DNA of 64,000 nt, from positions 32,001-96,000 of the IMG/VR virus record IMGVR_UViG_3300022602_002120, one strand, 5' to 3'. The position numbers and the translations under genes are program-made. Below the pieces are notes generated by a model. That model had not been told where the DNA came from. It saw nothing but the letters and a program-made list of their open reading frames with translations, and searched no databases. Each line of letters starts with the position of its first letter. The first letter of the stretch is position 1. Of the stretch, positions 26,044-36,601 are shown in pieces. Source of the DNA: a virus.

Positions 26044-27808
26044 CAACATCAGTATTATATGTAGTAAATCCATTCTCTTTTACTACTGTTAAAATATTGT
26101 TTACACGACCCGCTAGTTCATCTTTATGCGATACTAACCAAATAGATTTGTTATTCTCTCTGGTCATTTTCTTAAGGATAGCAAGAGCATTTTCTACACC
26201 CGACGTATCCATACCGCTGTCAACAAGTTCGTCGATAAACAATAAGTTAATTGGTTGATATAAACTTTCCCACACATCACGGAATGCCCATGATAAGCTA
26301 AGGATAAGTCTATTGCGCTCTCCACGGCTTAAGTTATCAAAATCTAACTCTCTGCCTAATTCTTCAATTTGTACACTTAGATCATTTAAGAATTTAACCT
26401 GATGTGGTAATCCAATTTTATCTAAGTAGTGGCTTAAGCGAGCATTTAAATAGCTTAAGTTCTGATCAATAATGCGTTTACGAATATAACTGTCTTTATT
26501 AGTTAGTAATTTATGTAGGAACTCTTGGTGTTCTTTAATACGTACTAGTTCATTCATATTAGTATAATCAATTTCAGCAAGTGCTGTAGTGCGCATTTCA
26601 GCTATCTGTTCTGTATAAGGATCAGTTTCTGCTTGCTTACTTATTAATTGTGTTTGTAAACTAGCCACAGTACTACGATGATGGATAGCATCTTCTTCTT
26701 TATCATAGTAAACTTTAGGTGGCGCACCTAATTCTCCTAATGCTGATTTGGCATCGCCTAGGTCTAATAGTAATTTCTCAGCGGTACTATAAGCTAAAGC
26801 TGACTCCTCTAATGATGCTTGTTTAGTTGCTAATACTTCTTCATGCTTGCTATCGTGTAAGTCTTGACCGCAAGCATAACATTTGTGATTGTTTAAGTCG
26901 GCAATTTCTTTGTCTAATTTTTTAATAGTTTTTTGCTCGCGATCCATATCGTTGCTAGCACGCTGTAAAGCTGTGTTAAGGTCTGTTAGGTCTCTACGCT
27001 TTTGATTGTATGCTGTGAGTTTTTTGTGAGCAGCAATTTCAGCGTCAATGTCGATGTGGGATAATTCTTCAATGGCAGCTACTAGCTTTGACACATCCTC
27101 AATATGTTTAGTAGTCCACATAGTTTGGCGACGTTCTAAGCTAACAATCTGTTCTTCGATACGCTTATTAGCATCAGTAATTGCTTTGATGTTAAATTCT
27201 TCTTGAGTAATCGCATCTCTGGTTGCTTTACTTTGCTCTTTAAGTGCTTCTGCTTTTTCACTTAATAGAGTAATACCAAGTAATTGTTCAATAATAGCAC
27301 GCTGATCATTCGCCTTAAGACTTAAAAACGGTTCTGTGTAGGTGTTAAGTGCAACAATGTGCTTGAACATGTCATGAGACATGCCTAGCAAGCGTTCAAT
27401 TTCGGCTTGTGTTTCTCGACTGTCACCTTGACTGTTATCATCTTTAGCTTCTTGTTCGATATCTCCAATATAAAACTTCATTACATTATGTTTACGACCG
27501 CGCTCAATCTTATAGTCGACCCCATTTACTTCAAAATCAATAGTAACTAACATGTTCTTAGCGTTAGTTTTATTGATCAAGTTATCTTTACGAATATTAG
27601 TTAGAGCATTGCCGTATAAGGCATAACTTAATGCGTTAATGATAGTAGTTTTACCTGTACCATTACGTGCTCCGCTGTCATCACCACCTAAGTCAATATT
27701 CTCGCCTAGGACTAAGGTCAAGTCCTTGCGATCAAAGTTGACGGCCTGCGTAGCATTACCCACACTCATAAAGTTTTTAACTGTAAGATATTTGATACGG
27801 AAACTCAT
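26033..27808 (-). CDS. gp46: Recombination endonuclease ATPase subunit, gp46/SbcC/Rad50 family
   Basis: Walker A NGTGKTT, coiled coils around a CYAC zinc hook, LSRGE signature, FIDELVD Walker B, VSH. Confidence 0.95.
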   Translation of the reverse strand: MSFRIKYLTVKNFMSVGNATQAVNFDRKDLTLVLGENIDLGGDDSGARNGTGKTTIINALSYALYGNALTNIRKDNLINKTNAKNMLVTIDFEVNGVDYKIERGRKHNVMKFYIGDIEQEAKDDNSQGDSRETQAEIERLLGMSHDMFKHIVALNTYTEPFLSLKANDQRAIIEQLLGITLLSEKAEALKEQSKATRDAITQEEFNIKAITDANKRIEEQIVSLERRQTMWTTKHIEDVSKLVAAIEELSHIDIDAEIAAHKKLTAYNQKRRDLTDLNTALQRASNDMDREQKTIKKLDKEIADLNNHKCYACGQDLHDSKHEEVLATKQASLEESALAYSTAEKLLLDLGDAKSALGELGAPPKVYYDKEEDAIHHRSTVASLQTQLISKQAETDPYTEQIAEMRTTALAEIDYTNMNELVRIKEHQEFLHKLLTNKDSYIRKRIIDQNLSYLNARLSHYLDKIGLPHQVKFLNDLSVQIEELGRELDFDNLSRGERNRLILSLSWAFRDVWESLYQPINLLFIDELVDSGMDTSGVENALAILKKMTRENNKSIWLVSHKDELAGRVNNILTVVKENGFTTYNTDVDVT

Positions 27809-28821
27809 AGATGTCTGTAGATATCCAATAATAAATTAGGATCGTAATGATCACTGTTAATGTTTGTTAGATTATTTGTAACGATAGTATCAATACTTTC
27901 AAACTGTACATTACCTAGTTGAATATCTTGGCCGATATCCATATTTTTAGCAGGTATCAGTGTAAGCTCACGTAAATTATAAGTTCCTACAAAAGTTTCT
28001 TTAATAAAAGTAGCTTCTTCGTAGGTAATATCAACATCAATATTAACGCGACAGTGCATATCCTTCAGTAACAAGTTTTCTGGAATACGTAGAATATCAC
28101 TTAGATTGTACACACGATATTTAGGTTGGTCAGGCCAATTGTGAAACTCTGGTTCCTTGCCCCAATCTAAGATCATCATACCTCTGTCGTCGTCACTAGC
28201 ATCGGCATAATTATGTGGGAAACAATTACCGATATAGGTAATATTTTTAGAATGTTGACGCTTATGAAAGTGTCCGCTGAATACGTGTTCTATATGACCA
28301 AAATGTTCACCACGTAGTTCGCCGTGTTCTGGCATTTGTACCATAGCATTCATAAAGAAATGCGGCAATTCAAAATGCCCAAATACGTATTTGCCCTTTA
28401 GCTTAGGTATCCGCTTATGATCGTCGCCGACAAGCCAAGGAGCAATGACAACGTCACTGTCTGAAAACCAGTCATTAACAATTTTAACGTTGGGTAGGTG
28501 TTTTGCCCATTCCACGCTTTGTACGTCACGCTTGTCTCTATAGTAGAGATCGTGATTGCCAGGGATAAAATATACAATATCAAATGCGGCATTTAATAAC
28601 TCCAGGGCTTGTAAACTGTAGTTAAGAGTGACAATGTTAATTGCCGCACGATTATTATGCCAGTCGCCAAGGAAGAAACAGGTTTCACACCCTTCTTCTT
28701 TAGCTTTAGTAATAAACCATTTAACAAAGGTTAAACAATCGTCATTGTGTGCTTGGCTGTTAGACTTTAATCCGAAATGAATGTCAGTACAAACAGCCGC
28801 TTTTTTAAATAAATTAGCCAT
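27805..28821 (-). CDS. gp47: Recombination endonuclease nuclease subunit, gp47/SbcD/Mre11 family
   Basis: TDIHFG, LGDWH, PGNHD, FGHFE and SGHFH metallophosphoesterase motifs. Confidence 0.95.
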   Translation of the reverse strand: MANLFKKAAVCTDIHFGLKSNSQAHNDDCLTFVKWFITKAKEEGCETCFFLGDWHNNRAAINIVTLNYSLQALELLNAAFDIVYFIPGNHDLYYRDKRDVQSVEWAKHLPNVKIVNDWFSDSDVVIAPWLVGDDHKRIPKLKGKYVFGHFELPHFFMNAMVQMPEHGELRGEHFGHIEHVFSGHFHKRQHSKNITYIGNCFPHNYADASDDDRGMMILDWGKEPEFHNWPDQPKYRVYNLSDILRIPENLLLKDMHCRVNIDVDITYEEATFIKETFVGTYNLRELTLIPAKNMDIGQDIQLGNVQFESIDTIVTNNLTNINSDHYDPNLLLDIYRHL

Positions 28822-28873
28822 AGTTATAGTGTATACGAATCCTTGTAGTAAGGTCTAGTTAAATGTAGCCAAA

Positions 28874-29755
28874 TTATTCATCCGCACCCCAACCACCTCC
28901 ACCCCAATCGCCTTGTCGAGTGTACGAAGGAGTATAGTTGTTCATTTCTAAGATATCATCACGAATGTTTTGATTGCGCTTTTCGATGTTTAGAACACGA
29001 GTAAATGAATTTGTAATTGCAGCTGTATAATAAGCGAATGGATTTTGTGATTTGCTTTCGTCGAATTGAAGACCGATTTGACTTAATTGTAGTAGTGCTT
29101 GACTACGCATTTCGTCATTGTAGGTATAACCACGCCAGTTACTACGTGTAGCATAACGTTCGCATAATTTGATGAACATGTGTGCTAGTTTAGCTGTCAT
29201 AGCACCATGATCTTTACTAAACTTGCCTTTTTCTAAGTCACCTTTCCAATGGCTTTTGCCTACTAGATAAGGAGTATTATTTTCATCTACTTTATAGTGC
29301 ATGAATGGAGGGAAGTTACATTTAGTATACTTAGTTGCACCTTTAACTACAACTGGCTCGTCGTATTCGGTTTCAAAGTTGTCTTCATCTGCGTCGTATT
29401 CTTCTTGAGCTTTGGCATCAGCTTTCTTTTGCTTCGCTTCGTCGATGGGTATATGTTCCCAGGTCATAACACGGAACACTACATCTGTACTTGGAGTATC
29501 TTTTAAAGGGGAAGTGTATTCGTCTAATTTCTTTTTAACACCGTTGAGTAGATCTTGTTCTTGTAGTTCTTTACCTAAACGTTCTATACGGGCTTTGCGT
29601 GCTTCTTCTATATGTTTTTTAGTAATTTTGTCGACGCTAGGTACAATCATATCGTAGTCTTTATAACTAGGATCTATAAAACTACAAAACGTTGACTTAC
29701 TTTTGTGAATTTCTTTTAATATATCTTTATTATTTAGGTAATTTACCTTTCTCAT
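28874..29755 (-). CDS. gp55: Late-transcription sigma factor, gp55-like
   Basis: NYLNNKD.L.EI, NWRGYTYNDEM..ALLQ, FDESKSQNPFAYYT..ITNSF motifs. Confidence 0.85.
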   Translation of the reverse strand: MRKVNYLNNKDILKEIHKSKSTFCSFIDPSYKDYDMIVPSVDKITKKHIEEARKARIERLGKELQEQDLLNGVKKKLDEYTSPLKDTPSTDVVFRVMTWEHIPIDEAKQKKADAKAQEEYDADEDNFETEYDEPVVVKGATKYTKCNFPPFMHYKVDENNTPYLVGKSHWKGDLEKGKFSKDHGAMTAKLAHMFIKLCERYATRSNWRGYTYNDEMRSQALLQLSQIGLQFDESKSQNPFAYYTAAITNSFTRVLNIEKRNQNIRDDILEMNNYTPSYTRQGDWGGGGWGADE

Positions 29756-29798
29756 GGTTAGAGGAATCCTTTTAATATACTACTATAATACAGTCAAT

Positions 29799-29805
29799 AA
29801 ATACA
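29799..29805 (+). promoter_or_regulatory. Late promoter motif ATAAATA at the start of the baseplate operon
   Basis: ataaata 22 nt before the 29828 ATG, with an AAGAGG RBS. Confidence 0.7.
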
Positions 29806-29827
29806 GTAAAGCAAGAGGTTTTAGATA

Positions 29828-30880
29828 ATGGCATTAAATTTAGGTGGTTTATTCAACCAATCAGCTGGTAGCTCAACCACCCAGGCATTAACTGGGGGTA
29901 CTAGTGTATTCTCTTTATTAGATCCAAGCAATGCTCGCAACGCTATTTCTGGGCTATTGCCAGGCGGAATGAGTAGTGCTGCCAAAGCTACACCTAATAT
30001 AGGCTTCCAAACCGCTGGTGGAAATGGTGGTGCAACGGCCGCAAATGAAAATGACTGGCGAGTAAGAATAAGTTTATCTCCAGGAGCCAAGATTTGGTAT
30101 CAAGATCCAACATTGATATCAAATGCTCTAATGTATCCACTAGTTGAAACCAATGGTGTAGTGTTCCCATATACACCAGCTATTACTATCAACCATAATG
30201 CTAACTACAGTACTGCACAGCTTACACATAGTAATTATCCCGCGCATTTCTACAACTATTCAGAAGTGGCAGACATACAGATAGGCGGCGAATTTACTGT
30301 ACAAAACCCAAGCGATGGCCAATACCTAATGGCGGCCATATACTTTTTCCGTTCAGCAACTAAGATGTTCTTTGGACAAGGTGATAATGTAGGTAACCCA
30401 CCACCAATGGTATATCTAGATGGATATGGAAGTCACTACTTTCCGCATGTTCCTTGCGTAGTTACTAGCTTTCAGCATCAATTACCTGATGATGTAGACT
30501 ACATTCAAGTGCCTATCAGCAGAACTACTATGCAGGAGTCGCAGATTTCTCCATCTAGTGCTACAAATAATACAACACCAGACCTTGCAACCAACAGTAT
30601 CACAGGTCCTAACGGTGAAACGTATACTCCAAATTGGAACTTTACCGGATCAGCAACGGGTGATGCTGCCCTAGCAGCTAACAATAACACAATGAATACT
30701 ACAAAAACACAGTATAGTACTATTACAACTACTACACGCTTACCAACGAGAAGTAGCATTTCAATTACATTAAAACCAATGTATAGTCGTAAAAATCTTG
30801 CTGATAACTTTGATCTTAACAAATTTGCCCAAGGAATGTTGTTGGCTAATCCAACCACAGGTGCAGGAGGATTTATCTAA
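29828..30880 (+). CDS. Baseplate tail-tube initiator/cap-like protein (gp48/gp54-type fold)
   Basis: GVVFPYTPAI, FTVQN, FFRSATKMFFG and PPP.VYLDGYG..F..VP.VVTSF motifs; immediately precedes the gp53-like gene. Confidence 0.6.
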   Translation: MALNLGGLFNQSAGSSTTQALTGGTSVFSLLDPSNARNAISGLLPGGMSSAAKATPNIGFQTAGGNGGATAANENDWRVRISLSPGAKIWYQDPTLISNALMYPLVETNGVVFPYTPAITINHNANYSTAQLTHSNYPAHFYNYSEVADIQIGGEFTVQNPSDGQYLMAAIYFFRSATKMFFGQGDNVGNPPPMVYLDGYGSHYFPHVPCVVTSFQHQLPDDVDYIQVPISRTTMQESQISPSSATNNTTPDLATNSITGPNGETYTPNWNFTGSATGDAALAANNNTMNTTKTQYSTITTTTRLPTRSSISITLKPMYSRKNLADNFDLNKFAQGMLLANPTTGAGGFI

Positions 30881-31182
30881 TGACTGTTAATTATAGTAAA
30901 TCTAGCCCATACGCTAACACAAACTTTTACGGTTTCTTTTTAGATGTCGCTACATTGCCTAATATTCCTATAGATCCTACGGATGTACTATATGAAATTG
31001 ATGCTATCTATGAAAGTCGCCCAGACTTATTAGCCTACGACTTATATGGTGATCCTAGCCTATGGTGGGTATTTTGTATACGTAATCCTAATGTACTTCA
31101 AGATCCTACATATGATTTTGTTCCTGGGGTAACTATCTATATCCCGCAAAAACAAAATTTAGTAGCGGCTCTAGGACTATAA
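30880..31182 (+). CDS. gp53: Baseplate wedge protein with LysM-like fold, gp53-like
   Basis: YESRPDLLAYDLYGDPSLWWV motif. Confidence 0.8.
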   Translation: MTVNYSKSSPYANTNFYGFFLDVATLPNIPIDPTDVLYEIDAIYESRPDLLAYDLYGDPSLWWVFCIRNPNVLQDPTYDFVPGVTIYIPQKQNLVAALGL

Positions 31183-31187
31183 TATAA

Positions 31188-34100
31188 ATGTCAATAACTC
31201 CAGCACCATCACTTAGTCAGGTAATACAAAGTGCTAGCGGCTATTTAATAGCTCTAACCACAGGCGGTGAAACAGTTAAGCTAACTGGTAATGCCAATTG
31301 GCGCAACAACAATCCTGGTAATCTGCGCCCTACAGCATTTACAAGAGCTCAACCCGGTTTCATTGGTGTAGCTGATACAAGCAGCGGACAATTTGCTGTG
31401 TTTGACACTTATGCACACGGCGCACTAGCTCAGCAGACCCTATTGTTTAGTACTACAGCGTATGCAGGACTTACTATAGCTCAGGCAATTGCCAAGTATG
31501 CTCCGGCAACTGAGAATAATGTACAATCTTATATTTCATCTGTGGTTAATGCCCTAGGAGTTGCAGCCAGCACATTAATGAACGCATTGACCCCTAGTCA
31601 ACAGCAGACATTAGTGACATCTATGCAGAAAGTGGAAGGATATGTTCCAGGACAAGTACAAAAAATATCAGACCCTTCATCTTTAACTAATGCGTCTACA
31701 CCTAATCCGTCGGAGGCTAATTCTGCAGATGCTTCTCAAGTTTATGTAGTGAATAATTCGCCACCTATACCTAACAGATTAGCTAATTATGCAAACTACA
31801 TATATTCGTTAAGTTTACACATGTTAACAAATGAGGAATATAATAATATTGTAGTCACACAACAATATACTCCTAAGAATGTTATTATTGCCAGTGCTGG
31901 CCGTCATGGTGTTAATTTTCCTCGTAACCCTAATTGGAGTGAAGATTTTTACTTTGAAAACTTTACTATGCAGACTATTATTAGTCCCAATGATGAAAGT
32001 AGAAACACCAATGCTATAAAATGTAGTTTTGAAATCATAGAACCATATGGTTTTACTATGGTTGAAAGAATTCTTAAAACCACACAAGATCTGGGTGGTA
32101 GCAACTATCTTGACATGCCATATCTAGTGCAGATTGATTTCTTCGCAATGGATGATGCAGGCACGATCACAGGAGCATTGCCTGATTTACAAAAACGTCT
32201 TCCTGTTAAATTTACCAAGATGGATATCAAGGTAACTGAGCGCGGCGCATCATATACTGTGAATGCTATACCATTTGGCCATGATGGATTTACTGGCTCG
32301 GCAATCACAGTACCATCTAACATGGAAGTTACAGCAAAAACCGTAGCAGACTTTTTCCAAAGCGTTGAAGGAACATCAGCAGACTCATTTGCACAAGCTG
32401 TAGTAGCTAGCTCAGATTTGTCACAACGTCAAACAACAGATGCTCAAGCAGCGGCTAATCTAAATGCTCCTACTATGTTGTACAATTCTCTACAACAAAA
32501 TTCTGTTATTAATGTAGATTCTTTTGGTACAGCAATTAACGCTTATTTTGCTGGTCTTAAAAATGCAGGCAAAATTTCTATAGCAGATATCTATAGATTT
32601 GAATTCTTGCCAGACCCCGATACAGGGCAGGATGTTATAGGATCATCTACTTTTGTTGATCCTGCAGCTAATACTCCTAAAGCAACGCCAATGAAGAAGA
32701 ATTCAGACGTTAAAGAAACTATTAGTATGAAATTGTCTGATGTAGGTAATAGTCAAAATACATACGATACTACCCGTGGCATTTTTAGTATTAACTATGG
32801 TACAGCAATTGATAAACTATTAGAATATGTAATACGTAATAGTTCTTATATACATGATCAATTGGTTATCCCTGATGGTATGTCAGATGCTGACTATCAA
32901 GCACGTAAAGATCAAATGAAAGATAAGCCACTTAAATGGTTTAAGATTGTGCCTAAGATTAGACTATTGGGATATGACACAATAAGAAAATTATGGGCTA
33001 AAGAATATACCTATTCAGTACAGCCTTATAAAATGTATAATCTACGTAGTGATATTGCACCACAAGGTATTGTAGTAAATCCAGTCAAGGCCTACAACTA
33101 TATATTCACAGGTAAAAATAGTGATATAATACATTTAGACATTGTTTTTAATACTTTGTTCTATACTCAACAGACAGCTTATAGAAATAATCAAGGTGAA
33201 ACAAGCCCAACAGCTGAAAGTATTAACACTGATTACCAATATCAGAATGCACCTAATTATTCTGGCGGTGATGCTCCATTAGGAGTTAATTACGATGCTG
33301 TGATGCCGTTAGTTATGAAACCTGTGGTGCAGAACTCTAAGGCTGTGGCTACGGGTAATCCGACAGATGCCAAAGCTGTGGGCGCTGCGGATTTAGCAGA
33401 AAGTATTATGAGTAGTAGTTCAGCTGACATGCTGACTATTAAGATGTCAATTATTGGTGATCCTGATTATATCAAACAAGATGACGTATTTTATGGGCCA
33501 TCGGCGGCACTTACTACTGAAATAGCCAACTCATTTGATCCACGACTATTACCAAATGGTGGTAGTTTAACTATGGATCAAAGCGGATTATATGTTCAAG
33601 TATTGTTTAAAGTTCCTAGAGATATTGATGACAGTACAGGATTTATGAAATATGATGCTGGCCAACGAAACAGTGTATTTAGTGGCTTATATCAAGTTCT
33701 TACTGTGACTAGTACTTTTACTAAAGGTGAGTTTACACAAGAACTTACAATGAATCGTATACCACGACAAGTGGCCTTTGATTATGTAAGTGCTACTAAC
33801 AATACAACCTCTAATGCAAGACCAGCATCTAGTAATGTCGCGTCAACTATAGTAAATTCAGTAACAGCAACACCAACCCCTAGTTCAGCGGCCGCAGCAG
33901 ATACCGCGGTTGATCAAACTCCAGGACAAAATCAACAAACAGCGGCAACTAATATCTCAGCTCAAGATGCAGCCGATACGCCTACACCAACAGCAGCACA
34001 ACAAGATTTAGCCAACGTAAGAGCTAGTGGTACTACTACAGATATTAATAGTCAAAATGCTCCACAAGAAACACCACAAGTACAGACACCAACAGTAACA

Positions 34101-34517
34101 GATATTAATACACAATTCTTAGGTACCGCAAAAACTACAGCAATAGAAGTTAGAGATTTAGTAATGCACAGAAATAGTGTATATAATTTAGCACGAGCTA
34201 CAGATAGTGGACTAACTAGATTAATTGACCAATATATTGCACAAGACCCTGCTAACGGTGACCTGACAGATAATGAATTGGCAGCTAAATATCCAGACGT
34301 TGCTACACTAGTAGCAAGAAAACAAAACTTATTAGCACAACAAAAACAATTGAATCAACAGATTACAGATACAGCAAATTCAATAGTTCAAAGCGAACCG
34401 CAGAAAGCTACACTCAACGTAGATATTACGTTTAATAGTACAGCTAAAGGCCCGTCGCCAACTATAGTAGTAGGCGGCCAACGACTATTAGAATTTGGAA
34501 CTACACCAGGATCATAA
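31188..34517 (+). CDS. Baseplate hub protein (gp27-like position) with N-terminal lysozyme-like domain
   Basis: N-terminal NWRNNNPGNL..FAVF..TIAQAIAKYAP..ENN..Y domain; hub-like body ending MSIIGDPDYI..SGLYQVLTV.STF..GEFTQ.L; sits between gp53 and gp5. Confidence 0.65.
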   Translation: MSITPAPSLSQVIQSASGYLIALTTGGETVKLTGNANWRNNNPGNLRPTAFTRAQPGFIGVADTSSGQFAVFDTYAHGALAQQTLLFSTTAYAGLTIAQAIAKYAPATENNVQSYISSVVNALGVAASTLMNALTPSQQQTLVTSMQKVEGYVPGQVQKISDPSSLTNASTPNPSEANSADASQVYVVNNSPPIPNRLANYANYIYSLSLHMLTNEEYNNIVVTQQYTPKNVIIASAGRHGVNFPRNPNWSEDFYFENFTMQTIISPNDESRNTNAIKCSFEIIEPYGFTMVERILKTTQDLGGSNYLDMPYLVQIDFFAMDDAGTITGALPDLQKRLPVKFTKMDIKVTERGASYTVNAIPFGHDGFTGSAITVPSNMEVTAKTVADFFQSVEGTSADSFAQAVVASSDLSQRQTTDAQAAANLNAPTMLYNSLQQNSVINVDSFGTAINAYFAGLKNAGKISIADIYRFEFLPDPDTGQDVIGSSTFVDPAANTPKATPMKKNSDVKETISMKLSDVGNSQNTYDTTRGIFSINYGTAIDKLLEYVIRNSSYIHDQLVIPDGMSDADYQARKDQMKDKPLKWFKIVPKIRLLGYDTIRKLWAKEYTYSVQPYKMYNLRSDIAPQGIVVNPVKAYNYIFTGKNSDIIHLDIVFNTLFYTQQTAYRNNQGETSPTAESINTDYQYQNAPNYSGGDAPLGVNYDAVMPLVMKPVVQNSKAVATGNPTDAKAVGAADLAESIMSSSSADMLTIKMSIIGDPDYIKQDDVFYGPSAALTTEIANSFDPRLLPNGGSLTMDQSGLYVQVLFKVPRDIDDSTGFMKYDAGQRNSVFSGLYQVLTVTSTFTKGEFTQELTMNRIPRQVAFDYVSATNNTTSNARPASSNVASTIVNSVTATPTPSSAAAADTAVDQTPGQNQQTAATNISAQDAADTPTPTAAQQDLANVRASGTTTDINSQNAPQETPQVQTPTVTDINTQFLGTAKTTAIEVRDLVMHRNSVYNLARATDSGLTRLIDQYIAQDPANGDLTDNELAAKYPDVATLVARKQNLLAQQKQLNQQITDTANSIVQSEPQKATLNVDITFNSTAKGPSPTIVVGGQRLLEFGTTPGS

Positions 34518-34520
34518 CAC

Positions 34521-36593
34521 ATGGCATTAGATCATAGAGTTGGCAATAAGGTTGTTAAAAATGCTCGTCGCGAAGAAGCATCAGGTACTCGCGTTGATCC
34601 TTATCCATATATAGGCATTGTTAAAAATAATTTAGATCCAACACGTAGCGGACGTTTACAAGTTTATATTCCAGATCTAGGTGGTCCACCGGATGATCCT
34701 AAAAACTGGCGCACAGTAAGTTATAGTAGTCCGTTTATGGGATATACTAGTCAGACAGAACTTTCAACAGATCGCCCACCCACTACTAACGCATTTGGCA
34801 CAGTTCATCATACCTATGGTATGTGGATGGTCCCGCCTGATGTGGGTATAGAAGTTATTTGTATTTTTATCGCGGGTGACCCTCTACGTGGATACTGGAT
34901 AAGCTGTGTTAATCCTAACCTTAGCCACTACATGGTTCCTGGTCTAGCTGGAACGCAAAATGTCGATCTTACTAGCCTAACGCCAGGACAACGTAAAACA
35001 GTTCAAGACGGTGATATCTTACCAGTAGTTGAATTTAATGAATATACCAGCGACTTTACTAATGCCGCTTTTTACAATAACAATAAACCAGTACACACAT
35101 ATCAATGGGCAATATATCAAAAGCAAGGTCTAGATAAAGACGTCGTACGTGGCCCACAATCTAGTAGTAGTCAACGTGAAAGTCCTAGTTATGTATTTGG
35201 TATTAGTACACCGGGTCGTCCTGTAAATGATCCAGCAGATGATACTAACTATTTGTCAAACCTCACAACAGGTACAATAGATCCTAAGTACAATACTGTA
35301 AAATCACGTAAAGGTGGCCATGTATTTGTTATGGACGATGGTTCTACCCTAGGTGATGATCAACTTATACGTTTACGTACCGCAGGTGGACATCAGATAT
35401 TAATGCACGATTCGAACGAGTCGTTATATATTTCTCATGCTAATGGCTATAGCTGGGTTGAACTAACTAAGGACGGCAAGATTTTAGCCTACAGTAAGAA
35501 CGGCATGGCTTTGCGTACAGAAGGCGATTTTAATATTGTGGCAGGTGGTGACTTTAACCTTGATGTAACAGGTAAAATTAACATTAAATCAGGTGCTAGC
35601 GTAGCATTAGAAACACCGTTGGCAAACTTTCTTGTAGCTGGTAAGTTAAGTGTAACAGCCACAGGTGGAACAGAATTAAAAACAGGATCATTTAAAGTAG
35701 ATAGTGATGGCAAAATAGGTCTTAATGCAGGTGGTCCTATCGCTGTCCAAGGTGCAAGTTTTAAACAACAAAGTGGAGGTACAGATTCACTTAAAGCACT
35801 GACTCCTATTACACCTAACAAACTACCAGATACAGCATCAACAGGTGCTAGCTGGGTTAGTACTCCTGGTAAGTTAGAAACTATTGCTACAGTGGCACCA
35901 ACACATGAACCATATGCTCGAGGTACTAAGGCCACAGCATTTACTCCATCTAGCCCTGGAATTCAACCGGGCGGCTATAGCGGTAGTGTTGATCAAACTA
36001 AACAAAATGATACATCTGGAGTAAAAAATCCAGCAGGTCTTAAAGATATACGCAATCAGCCTGCGGCAACTAATGCTGTAGCAAATCTAACCAAAGATCA
36101 AACAACAGCATATCTCGCACAGATAGGCAAGAGTGAAAGTGGTGGTAACTATAATACCACTAACCAATTAGGCTATGTGGGCAAATATCAATTTGGTTGG
36201 CCTGCACTCTTTGATGGTGGCTATATTAAGAGCACAGTTAAAAGTAATGCAGGTCTACAAAATCCAAATGCCTGGACTGGCAAGAATGGCATTAGTAGTG
36301 TACAAGACTGGCTAAACAACGGCAACGAACAAGAAGCCGCTATGTTGGTATATACCCAAAGAAACTATACTAGTATGTGTAATATTGGTGCTGTATCAGC
36401 TGACCAAAGTCCGGAAGATGTTGCAGGTATGTTGGCATGCGCACACTTACTAGGCCCAGGCGGTGCTAAACAATGGCGTAATGGGCAAGGTGGATCAGAC
36501 GCTAATGGAACCACAGGTGATACATACTTCCAAAAAGGCAAATATGCTGTAGCTGTGCTAGCCCCACAATTACAGTCAGTAAATAACGGCTAA
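34521..36593 (+). CDS. gp5: Baseplate central spike gp5/VgrG-like with C-terminal lysozyme-like domain
   Basis: OB-fold DPTRSGRLQV..GMWMVPPDVG, RKGGHVF.MDD..RLRTAGGHQI beta region, C-terminal SESGGNY..YVGKYQFG..AHLLG. Confidence 0.8.
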   Translation: MALDHRVGNKVVKNARREEASGTRVDPYPYIGIVKNNLDPTRSGRLQVYIPDLGGPPDDPKNWRTVSYSSPFMGYTSQTELSTDRPPTTNAFGTVHHTYGMWMVPPDVGIEVICIFIAGDPLRGYWISCVNPNLSHYMVPGLAGTQNVDLTSLTPGQRKTVQDGDILPVVEFNEYTSDFTNAAFYNNNKPVHTYQWAIYQKQGLDKDVVRGPQSSSSQRESPSYVFGISTPGRPVNDPADDTNYLSNLTTGTIDPKYNTVKSRKGGHVFVMDDGSTLGDDQLIRLRTAGGHQILMHDSNESLYISHANGYSWVELTKDGKILAYSKNGMALRTEGDFNIVAGGDFNLDVTGKINIKSGASVALETPLANFLVAGKLSVTATGGTELKTGSFKVDSDGKIGLNAGGPIAVQGASFKQQSGGTDSLKALTPITPNKLPDTASTGASWVSTPGKLETIATVAPTHEPYARGTKATAFTPSSPGIQPGGYSGSVDQTKQNDTSGVKNPAGLKDIRNQPAATNAVANLTKDQTTAYLAQIGKSESGGNYNTTNQLGYVGKYQFGWPALFDGGYIKSTVKSNAGLQNPNAWTGKNGISSVQDWLNNGNEQEAAMLVYTQRNYTSMCNIGAVSADQSPEDVAGMLACAHLLGPGGAKQWRNGQGGSDANGTTGDTYFQKGKYAVAVLAPQLQSVNNG

Positions 36594-36601
36594 ATATTAC
36601 T

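Noticed and set aside
28822-28860. Possible minus-strand sigma70-like promoter (TAGACC-N18-TACACT) giving a leaderless gp47 mRNA
   Set aside because: Both boxes deviate from consensus in AT-rich sequence; too weak to call without TSS data.
29771-29799. Sigma70 promoter for gp55 (minus-strand TTGACT with TATATT)
   Set aside because: Spacer is only 14 nt; no good -10 at 16-18 nt, so not called.
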